Made by a program: the position numbers and the translations under genes. From positions 1-19,449 of the forward strand of contig CAZNIQ010000012.1 in NCBI GenBank assembly GCA_964573185.1: 19,449 nucleotides of DNA. The letters are read 5' to 3'. How positions within the stretch are numbered: position 1 is the first letter of the stretch; each line of letters starts with the position of its first letter. Of this stretch, positions 1 to 6,575 are shown piece by piece. This DNA comes from Candidatus Woesearchaeota archaeon. Lineage in GTDB: Archaea > Nanobdellota > Nanobdellia > Nanobdellales > CAZNIQ01. The notes below the pieces were generated by a model that saw nothing but the letters and a program-made list of their open reading frames with translations, was not told the origin of the DNA and ran no database searches.

Positions 1-765
1 GTTGATGAAAGAACAGATTATAAATTAAATCCTTTCAAAGAATCTGACGCTAAAAAAATAGTAGGAAATATCACTTCTGTTATGCAGCCGGATTTTTCTT
101 TGTTAAAAGATCCCCTTCTTAATTTTAAATATAAATTCGAAGTGGAAGGTTGGGGATGCGAACCGGGAATGTATGATGTAAAATGTAAGGTAATATATAG
201 TGGAACGTACAAAGATAAGTATGTGGAGCACGAGTTCGTAAAAGATGTTGATATTTTGATACCCTCCTATATTGAAATTTTTCAAGAGATATACAATATT
301 CTTTCAGATTTTAGATGGAAATGTACCTCAACTAATCCAAAAAATGTAAAAACCTGTATAGATTCTCCCAACACTATTTGGGAATGTTCGAGTCCTTATA
401 AAGGCTATTGGAAAATAAAATATAATTATACAGTTAATATAACCAGCACTCTATTTAATATAAGCGTAGATCCTTGTTTGGAATGGATAACATATGAAAT
501 CGATTGTTCCTCTAAGGTTAAAGTTAGAAGAATAAATGAAAATGAAGCTGTAGTATATAGAGGTTTTTGCATGAGGCCTCAATTCATTAAAACTTATATT
601 TGCAATAACAAAAACTGTACTATTATAAAATATGTTCCCATCACTTTTTACCCACCTAACTATAAAGGATGCAAATTATATAGAATAAAGTATTGTAGAT
701 GTGCGGGAAACTGTTATTTAGAAACTTCTTCTAGAGATTGTAATTGCATTTGTAGTAGTTCATAG
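1..765 (+). CDS. Cys-rich secreted/surface protein, 5'-truncated by the window edge
   Basis: Frame 1 is open from nt 1 (VDERTDYKLNPF...) into the listed 82..765 ORF. There are 17 Cys in the visible part, with a C-terminal CRCAGNCYLETSSRDCNCICSSS. It has multiple N-x-S/T sequons (NIT, NYT, NIS, NCT) and no enzyme motif. Confidence 0.4.
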   Translation, partial: VDERTDYKLNPFKESDAKKIVGNITSVMQPDFSLLKDPLLNFKYKFEVEGWGCEPGMYDVKCKVIYSGTYKDKYVEHEFVKDVDILIPSYIEIFQEIYNILSDFRWKCTSTNPKNVKTCIDSPNTIWECSSPYKGYWKIKYNYTVNITSTLFNISVDPCLEWITYEIDCSSKVKVRRINENEAVVYRGFCMRPQFIKTYICNNKNCTIIKYVPITFYPPNYKGCKLYRIKYCRCAGNCYLETSSRDCNCICSSS

Positions 766-1331
766 AATTTTCTCATTTTTTCTCTTGTTCTTCTTAATTT
801 CTTATTGGCTTCATAAACCAAGACCTTCATATATTCTTCTGTAACCAAGATCTTTCCATCTTTTGCAACGATAGTATCTAATCTTTCCGTAGAATGCAAT
901 TCACACATTACTCTATATGGTTTTATTTCAAAGATACCAGATCTTTTCCAACCAGCTTCTCTAGCAAGCTTTACAATTTTTATAGCAGCTTCTATATTTC
1001 TACAATCAACGTGTAAGATTACTGGTTCTGCTCTAAACCAAATACTTTCTTTATATTTCTTTACTCCTTCTTTTAAAGCCTCCCAAACTTCTTCAAAAGT
1101 AGTTTCATAATGGGTTTTATATATAAATTCTGCTTCATGTTTTTTACCAGATTCTGGAATTTTAATCAAAACAATTCTTCCTGCGCAAGAAGAAGTGGTA
1201 ACATAATCTGGAAAGGAATTAATTAAATTTAATAAAGGAATTATTGGCTCATCAACTTCTCCTTTTCTTAAAGCTATTTCCAGTTTTTTTAATATAAATC
1301 TTTTCCTCTCATCGAAATCTTTAATTACCAT
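714..1331 (-). CDS. taw3: tRNA wyosine-derivative methyltransferase Taw3 (TYW3 family)
   Basis: ATG start. It has the TYW3-type motifs DYVTTSSCAGRIVL and WFRAEPVILHVDC...AREAGWKRSGIF, and the ~200 aa length is typical. Confidence 0.75.
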   Translation of the reverse strand: MVIKDFDERKRFILKKLEIALRKGEVDEPIIPLLNLINSFPDYVTTSSCAGRIVLIKIPESGKKHEAEFIYKTHYETTFEEVWEALKEGVKKYKESIWFRAEPVILHVDCRNIEAAIKIVKLAREAGWKRSGIFEIKPYRVMCELHSTERLDTIVAKDGKILVTEEYMKVLVYEANKKLRRTREKMRKFYELLQMQLQSLEEVSK

Positions 1332-1348
1332 CTTAACAATAAATTTTA

Positions 1349-1795
1349 ATGAAGCTTTTAAAAGACATACTTTTAATAGTAGGAATTGTTATTCTTTCGT
1401 ATTTCCTTTTTCTTCTGTCTTTAAAGTATAGTCCCTCAAGCAGAAATATTAATTATATGAATCCTTTAAATCTAATGATTTCTAGATTATCTATTAATAA
1501 TGGTATTCTAACTTTTGAAATTTTCAATCCAAATAACCAAAGCTTGACAGTTTATTTCTCTTATGCATTGGTCAAAACGGAATTTGGAAGTTCATGCATG
1601 GTAAGCATATCTGATGTAAAGAGCATGAAGCCATATGAAACAATATCCTATTCCTATGACCTTTCCGTGATCCCGGAATGTAAAAAGGTCTACGTTCAAA
1701 CAAAAAGAAGAGGGGTTAAAGTATGGATTATTTTAAATTATGAAGAAGCTGAGGGTGAAAAAACGGGAATACTTAAAGCTTATGCTATTACTTAG
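1349..1795 (+). CDS. Hypothetical N-terminally membrane-anchored protein
   Basis: ATG start. There is one N-terminal hydrophobic helix (ILLIVGIVILSYFLFLLSL) followed by a beta-rich Asn/Ser/Tyr-rich domain with 2 Cys. No family was recognised. Confidence 0.4.
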   Translation: MKLLKDILLIVGIVILSYFLFLLSLKYSPSSRNINYMNPLNLMISRLSINNGILTFEIFNPNNQSLTVYFSYALVKTEFGSSCMVSISDVKSMKPYETISYSYDLSVIPECKKVYVQTKRRGVKVWIILNYEEAEGEKTGILKAYAIT

Positions 1796-2972
1796 ATTCT
1801 AATTGTTTTAGAGTTAATATCTTTACTTTTGTTTCTTCTGGTCTTACTCCAGAATCCATTCCTACCAATAATTCTATTCCCTTCTTTTCTGCAAGAGTAA
1901 CCAAGTCTTTAGTAATTACAGAATCCAATACCACTGCATATACATTATTAGCTTTTTCCAAAGCTTCTGCTAACTTTACCACAGGAACTTTATTTATAAC
2001 GTTCAAATCTTTATCTAATAATAATGCTGCCCTCGTAGCAAATATTTTATCTAAATATTCTCTTAATTTCTTTATCTGTTCTTCATTTAAATCATATAAT
2101 TTTCTTTCTTCTTTTCTTTCGATAACACCTTCCAATTTTTCATAATACTGCTTTACTTGATCAAATGGTACCTTATTTCTCAAAGCTTTTATTATTTCTT
2201 TTTTAGTCAATTCTTCTACTTCCCTACCCGGAGGAGCTTTTGCAACATAATCTATGTCAACACCAGCTAACATTAATTGTTTTACTATTAAATCTCCTCC
2301 TCTATCTCCATCCACAAAAACTATTGTTGTTTTCTTTTTGGACAAATCTATAATTGCTTTAGGCACTCTGCTTCCATTTAAAGCTATTACATTCTTAAAA
2401 CCATGCTTTAGTAAGTTTAAAACATCCGCTCTTCCCTCTACAATTATTATTTCATCAGATTCATCTATAGCTGGCCCAGCTGGTAACTTCTCTGGTCCAT
2501 ATTCTGTTATCTCTAGCATTCTTAATGATTCCTCTAATCTTTGAACAATTTCTTTTGTATCTGGTAATTCCTTTTCAATTAAGTTTTTCAACAATTCTTT
2601 CGCTCTCTCAAATATATATATCCTTTTAGCTTGTCTTACGTCTTCTATTTTCCTTACTTTTATTTTTGCAGTAGTAGGCCCTACTCTATCTACTGTTTCT
2701 ATCATAGCGGCTATTAAAGCAGTTTCCACCTTATCCAGACTTGTCGGTATAATAATTGTTCCATAAGTTTTTCCTCCCTCCACTTTTAACTGCACTTCTA
2801 TTCTCCCTATTTTTCCAGATCTTTGTAATTCTCTTAATTCTAAATCTGGTCCTAATAATCCTTCAGTTTGCCCAAATAAAGCTCCTATAACATCTGGTTT
2901 CTCTACAACTCCATTTGCGATAAAATCAGCATATATGATGTATTTAATTGATACGGGTGAAACTTTAGCCAT
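1788..2972 (-). CDS. dnaG: Archaeal DnaG primase / exosome-associated Toprim protein
   Basis: The N-terminus SIKYIIYADFIANGVVEKPDVIGALFGQTEGLLG is typical of archaeal DnaG. Toprim motifs are present: IIVEGRADVLNLL and FVDGDRGGDLI. Confidence 0.9.
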   Translation of the reverse strand: MAKVSPVSIKYIIYADFIANGVVEKPDVIGALFGQTEGLLGPDLELRELQRSGKIGRIEVQLKVEGGKTYGTIIIPTSLDKVETALIAAMIETVDRVGPTTAKIKVRKIEDVRQAKRIYIFERAKELLKNLIEKELPDTKEIVQRLEESLRMLEITEYGPEKLPAGPAIDESDEIIIVEGRADVLNLLKHGFKNVIALNGSRVPKAIIDLSKKKTTIVFVDGDRGGDLIVKQLMLAGVDIDYVAKAPPGREVEELTKKEIIKALRNKVPFDQVKQYYEKLEGVIERKEERKLYDLNEEQIKKLREYLDKIFATRAALLLDKDLNVINKVPVVKLAEALEKANNVYAVVLDSVITKDLVTLAEKKGIELLVGMDSGVRPEETKVKILTLKQLESK

Positions 2973-3004
2973 TACATTTCTCTAAAGTAAATTTAAATAA
3001 GGTT

Positions 3005-3073
3005 TGTGACCCGCCTGACTCATCCGTGGTCATCGTCCCCTACGGGAACTCCCACGGACACTCTGAGCGGGCC
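3005..3073 (-). ncRNA. H/ACA box guide sRNA (single hairpin with K-turn and 3' ACA)
   Basis: Minus-strand read: GGCCCGC / UCAGAGUGU / CCGUGG-GA-GUUCCC-GUA-GGGGAC-GAU-GA-CCACGG / AUGAGUCAG / GCGGGUC-ACA. This gives a 7-bp lower stem, a 9+9 nt pocket, a 6-bp upper stem, a canonical K-turn (tandem GA plus a 3-nt bulge) and an ACA box. It is a GC-rich island in AT-rich intergenic DNA. Confidence 0.7.
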
Positions 3074-3089
3074 AAGAAATTAATTTCTT
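3074..3089. promoter_or_regulatory. 16-bp perfect palindrome AAGAAATTAATTTCTT in a divergent promoter region
   Basis: The sequence is self-complementary as read directly. Its centre lies ~27 nt upstream of the AMP phosphorylase ATG (3109), the position expected for a TATA box of a leaderless mRNA. It abuts the 5' end of the H/ACA sRNA. Confidence 0.3.
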
Positions 3090-3108
3090 TCTAAGATTTT
3101 AAATTTTA

Positions 3109-4605
3109 ATGAGGATTAAAAAAATTCCAATATATGCTGGCTTGAACATAGCCGTTCTAAATCCAAATGATGCGAAGAAATTAGGAGTCTACATTTCCGA
3201 TAGAATAAAAATTAAAGGAAAAAACAAGGAGATTGTTGCTGTTGTAGATTTTGATTTAACAGGTTCTATCATAAAAGAAGGAGAAATAGGAATATTTTAT
3301 GATATTAAAGAGTTTTCTGAAGGCGAAGAAGTTGAAGTATATCCAGAACCGTTACCAGAATCAGTAAGATATATTAGAAAGAAATTGAGAGGTTTAGAAT
3401 TAACAGAATATGAAATAAAAAAGATTGTAGAAGATATTTATTATGATAAACTTTTACCAATTGAGGTTGCATCGTATATAACAGCGGTAACTGCTTACGG
3501 GATGTCTATAAACGAAATTATTGCTCTCACAAAAGCAATGGTTTCTATAGGAAAAACAGTTGAATGGCCTAAAGATTGGATAGTCGTTGATAAACACAGC
3601 ATTGGAGGAATACCAAACAATAGAACTACTCCTATAATCGTTCCTATAGTTGCTTCATTAGGATTAAAAATACCAAAAACTTCTTCTAGGGCTATAACTT
3701 CACCGGCAGGAACAGCAGATGTTATCGAGGTCCTAGCACCAGTAGAATTTACTATCGAAGAAATAAAAGAAATTGTTGCAAAAACTAACGGATGTATGGT
3801 TTGGGGAGGAGCTTTAGATATTTCCCCTGTCGATGATAAATTAATACAAGTAGAGAAATCTTTATCTTTAGATCCAGAAGGGCAAGTTATAGCCTCTGTT
3901 TTGTCAAAGAAAAAGGCAATAGGATCACGATATGTTATAATTGATATCCCTTACGGAGAATATGCAAAAGTTAAAACATTGGAAAAAGCTGAAGAGATGG
4001 CTTTTAAATTTAAAAAAGTAGGAGAAGCTTTAGGATTAAAAATAAAAGTAGTAATAACGGATGGATCTCAACCTATAGGAAACGGTATTGGTCCTGTATT
4101 AGAGATGATTGATGTCTTAAAAATACTGAAGAATGAAAAAGATGCGCCTAAGGATCTAAAAGAAAAAGCATTAGAGTTGGCTGGAGAATTATTAAAACTT
4201 GTTGGGAAAGGGGATTATTATACTGCTAAAAAAGTGTTAGAATCTGGAAAAGCTTTTGAAAAATTTAAAGAAATCATTGAAGCTCAAGGAGGTACTGTTG
4301 AAAAAGATTTAGAATCAATGTTAGGACAGTATACATATGATGTTAAAAGCCCCGTAGAAGGATATGTGGAAAAAATAATTAATACTAGAATATCACAGTT
4401 AGCAAGACTATTAGGATGTCCAAAATATAAAGGAAGTGGGATTTTATTGTTTAAAAAAGTAGGTGATAAGGTCAAAAAAGGAGAAACCTTATTTAGAATT
4501 TATTCAGAATCTGAAGCAAAAATAGATATTGCATTAAAATATCTTGGAGAAAACTTTCCATATGTTATAAAAGGTAAAAAGGAATTTATAATAAAAGAAA
4601 TATGA
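3109..4605 (+). CDS. deoA: AMP phosphorylase (thymidine phosphorylase family, archaeal DeoA type)
   Basis: ~500 aa with the extra N-terminal domain typical of AMPpase. It has the motifs HSIGGIPNNRTTPIIVPIVAS and TSSRAITSPAGTADVIEVL. An ATGA overlap joins it to the downstream e2b2-family gene. Confidence 0.85.
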   Translation: MRIKKIPIYAGLNIAVLNPNDAKKLGVYISDRIKIKGKNKEIVAVVDFDLTGSIIKEGEIGIFYDIKEFSEGEEVEVYPEPLPESVRYIRKKLRGLELTEYEIKKIVEDIYYDKLLPIEVASYITAVTAYGMSINEIIALTKAMVSIGKTVEWPKDWIVVDKHSIGGIPNNRTTPIIVPIVASLGLKIPKTSSRAITSPAGTADVIEVLAPVEFTIEEIKEIVAKTNGCMVWGGALDISPVDDKLIQVEKSLSLDPEGQVIASVLSKKKAIGSRYVIIDIPYGEYAKVKTLEKAEEMAFKFKKVGEALGLKIKVVITDGSQPIGNGIGPVLEMIDVLKILKNEKDAPKDLKEKALELAGELLKLVGKGDYYTAKKVLESGKAFEKFKEIIEAQGGTVEKDLESMLGQYTYDVKSPVEGYVEKIINTRISQLARLLGCPKYKGSGILLFKKVGDKVKKGETLFRIYSESEAKIDIALKYLGENFPYVIKGKKEFIIKEI

Positions 4606-5522
4606 TACCTGAGAATATTTTAAAGAAAAAAGTTCTTGAGATAACTAAAAATAAAACAATTTTGGATCTGATTTTAAAGATAAATAATTTAGAAATACAA
4701 GGTGCTAGGAATGTCGCTTTAACATCTATAGATATTTTAGAAATCTATTATTCTGAAAATGGTTTAGATGAAAATTTCTTTAAATTAGCAAAATTATTGA
4801 AAGAAATAAGACCAACGCAAGTAATAACGTACAATGTTGTGTCCATAATTGAAAAAAGTATTGAAAAGAAAGGAATTTCTATTTTTAAAGAATTAAGAGA
4901 TATTTTATATTCTGCACAAGAAAAAATTGATTTAAATCTTTTGAAAGAGTTAATTAATTTTGGGAAAAATAGAATTACTATATTAACTCATTGCCATAGT
5001 TCTGAAGAAATAAGAGCTTTGATTTTTGCAAAAGATTATGGAATAGATTTAGTTGTATATGTTACGGAAACGAGACCTAAGTATCAAGGAATAAAAACGG
5101 CAAAAGAGCTTTCTGAAGCTGGAGTAAAGGTAAAGTACATAGTAGATTCTGCTGCAGGATTTTACATGAGAAATGTAGATTTAGCTTTATTTGGTTGTGA
5201 TGCAATAAGAAGAGAAGGAATCATAAATAAAATAGGAACTTATATGATATCTTTAGCTGCTAAAGATAATAATAAGGAAGTTTGGTTTATAGGGGATCAT
5301 CTGAAAATAGATTTGAGGAAAGAATTGATAATTGAGATGAGGGACTCAAAAGAGATAATTGATCCAAAACTATTACCAAATGTAGAAATTTTAAATCCTG
5401 CTTTTGATTTAACTCCTTGGAGATTAATTGATAAGGCTATCACAGATCTAGGTGTTTTTGGTTCTTTCGAAGAACTTCTTTCTAAATTCAGAATCAAATA
5501 TAGCACGTATTCTACAAAATGA
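4602..5522 (+). CDS. Ribose-1,5-bisphosphate isomerase (eIF-2B alpha/beta/delta-like, e2b2 family)
   Basis: e2b2-family features are present: ILTHCHSS, YVTETRPKYQG and GCDAIRREG. It is translationally coupled to AMP phosphorylase, its partner in the archaeal AMP pathway. Confidence 0.75.
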   Translation: MIPENILKKKVLEITKNKTILDLILKINNLEIQGARNVALTSIDILEIYYSENGLDENFFKLAKLLKEIRPTQVITYNVVSIIEKSIEKKGISIFKELRDILYSAQEKIDLNLLKELINFGKNRITILTHCHSSEEIRALIFAKDYGIDLVVYVTETRPKYQGIKTAKELSEAGVKVKYIVDSAAGFYMRNVDLALFGCDAIRREGIINKIGTYMISLAAKDNNKEVWFIGDHLKIDLRKELIIEMRDSKEIIDPKLLPNVEILNPAFDLTPWRLIDKAITDLGVFGSFEELLSKFRIKYSTYSTK

Positions 5523-6377
5523 ACAAATTTCTCTTAAAGTAGGCATCCCACAGATTTTGCATGGTTTTATATTTAATTCTTTCAAATATTTTTTAGAAAG
5601 TTCTGGATAAATATATTTTATAAAATTTAAAACTATTTTTTCTTTTGATCTCGGCTTTAATTTTTCAATTTCTTCAGCTATCCTTAAATTAGTACTTATT
5701 TTCTTTTTTGAAAAAGGACATTCTATACTTACTACCTTTAATTCATTTCTTTTTACAAAACTTTCGGTTTCTTTTTCAGAAATTAGAAATAATGGCTTTA
5801 TAAATTCAATATTTGTTATTTCTGATCTTGTTTTAGGATACGTTCTTGTCAAAACTTTTATGTCTCCATCTATATAAAAGTCTAAAATGAATCTTACAAA
5901 ATCTTCTAATGTATGTGCAGTGGCTACCTTATTAAATCCATTATCTCTCGCAAACTTATGTATTAAATATCTTTTTATAGTAGAACAAATACCACATATT
6001 GATCTTCCTTTAAATAGATGTATATTTTTTGCTATATCCTTGATTGTAAATCCATATTCTTTTAAATAAACAATATTATATTTAATGTCCAAATTCTGGC
6101 AATGCTCTTTTACAATTTCTTCAGAGATCTTAGAAAAATTATCTATTCCAAGATTTATATGAACGACTTCAAAATCAAACTTAAATTCTTTTTTCAAAAA
6201 AGAAAATAGGTAAAGCATCGTTATAGAATCTTTTCCTCCTGAAACTGCTAATAAAATTTTATCATCTTTTTCTATTAATTTATATTTTCGAATAGTTTTC
6301 TTGAATTTTTTATAAATATCAGACGGCGCCACGATCTTCATCCCTCCATCCATCATAGACGGCTCTCCGGATTTCAT
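5448..6377 (-). CDS. ttuA: tRNA 2-thiolation PP-loop ATPase, TtuA/Ncs6/TtcA family
   Basis: It has the PP-loop LLAVSGGKDS, Fe-S ligand candidates CGICSTIKRY and ECPF, and a C-terminal zinc finger CKICG...CSFC. The start is uncertain: the first 12 codons are GC-rich and atypical, so ATG at 6341 (MKIVAPSD...) is an alternative. Confidence 0.8.
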   Translation of the reverse strand: MKSGEPSMMDGGMKIVAPSDIYKKFKKTIRKYKLIEKDDKILLAVSGGKDSITMLYLFSFLKKEFKFDFEVVHINLGIDNFSKISEEIVKEHCQNLDIKYNIVYLKEYGFTIKDIAKNIHLFKGRSICGICSTIKRYLIHKFARDNGFNKVATAHTLEDFVRFILDFYIDGDIKVLTRTYPKTRSEITNIEFIKPLFLISEKETESFVKRNELKVVSIECPFSKKKISTNLRIAEEIEKLKPRSKEKIVLNFIKYIYPELSKKYLKELNIKPCKICGMPTLREICSFCRIRAIFDSEFRKKFFERTKNT

Positions 6378-6403
6378 TGGTAAGAGACCAGGGTTCTCAT
6401 CAT
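6353..6403 (-). ncRNA. Candidate box C/D-like sRNA (degenerate internal and D boxes)
   Basis: Minus-strand read: AUGAUGA (perfect C box) -12 nt GAACCCUGGUCU- CUUA -CCA- AUGAAAU -14 nt CCGGAGAGCCGUCU- AUGA. This is the same 7+12+4+3+7+14+4 = 51 nt layout as the clear C/D sRNA at 10529. The guides are GC-rich against an AT-rich background. The D', C' and D boxes are non-consensus. Confidence 0.35.
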
Positions 6404-6408
6404 TAAAA

Positions 6409-6416
6409 TTTTTATA
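6409..6416 (+). promoter_or_regulatory. TATA-like box (TTTTTATA, preceded by AAAA) for tRNA-Trp
   Basis: It lies at -34..-27 relative to tRNA nucleotide +1 (6443), with a purine run at -38..-35 in the BRE position. The AT-rich context makes chance matches likely. Confidence 0.3.
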
Positions 6417-6442
6417 CTATTTTCAAATAACTATAAAAATTC

Positions 6443-6516
6443 GGGGCCGTAGCTCAGCATGGTAGAGCGCCGGGCTCCAGACCCGGAGGTCCCGGGTTCA
6501 AATCCCGGCGGCCCCA
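6443..6516 (+). tRNA. tRNA-Trp (anticodon CCA), no intron, no encoded CCA
   Basis: Manual cloverleaf: GGGGCCG-UA-GCUC-AGCAUGGUA-GAGC-G-CCGGG-CUCCAGA-CCCGG-AGGUC-CCGGG-UUCAAAU-CCCGG-CGGCCCC-A. All stems are Watson-Crick. Confidence 0.95.
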
Positions 6517-6575
6517 GGTTCATTACTAATCAATAGTAAAGCAAAGTTTTTAATGAAAGTAAAAGCTTCATTTTT

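Noticed and set aside
18-285. Minus-strand ORFs 18..212 and 103..285
   Set aside because: They are nested antisense within the longer plus-strand frame that is open from nt 1. They are low-complexity AT-rich translations with no motifs.
2254-2544. 96-aa plus-strand ORF inside dnaG
   Set aside because: It is antisense to the strongly supported DnaG Toprim region, and the Ser/Pro/Ile-rich translation is typical of shadow ORFs. The same reasoning applies to 4284..4475, 5297..5506, 5887..6069, 6682..6867, 10020..10259, 10161..10352, 13579..13785, 14461..14649, 15055..15288 and 15538..15876.
2930-2990. ATGATGT near the dnaG start, and TGATGA strings inside proS (about 10683 and 11626), as further C/D sRNAs
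   Set aside because: No CTGA occurs at the required 12-14 nt spacing and there is no second box pair. All lie inside well-supported coding sequence with normal codon usage.
3005-3073. Reading the GC-rich island as a tRNA, a split-tRNA half or a plus-strand C/D sRNA
   Set aside because: It has a 7-bp terminal stem but only 66 nt between the ends, with no T-loop (GTTCRA) or D-arm. The plus strand has CTGA twice but no acceptable C box. The minus-strand H/ACA parse explains every segment.
6380-6400. Plus-strand AGACCAGGGTTCTCATCA resembling a tRNA variable loop plus T-arm, possibly a tRNA fragment or attachment-site remnant next to tRNA-Trp
   Set aside because: No complementary CCCTG closes a T-stem, and there is no acceptor or anticodon arm. 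No integrase or direct repeat of the tRNA-Trp 3' end lies nearby. It is better explained as the complement of a guide segment on the minus strand.
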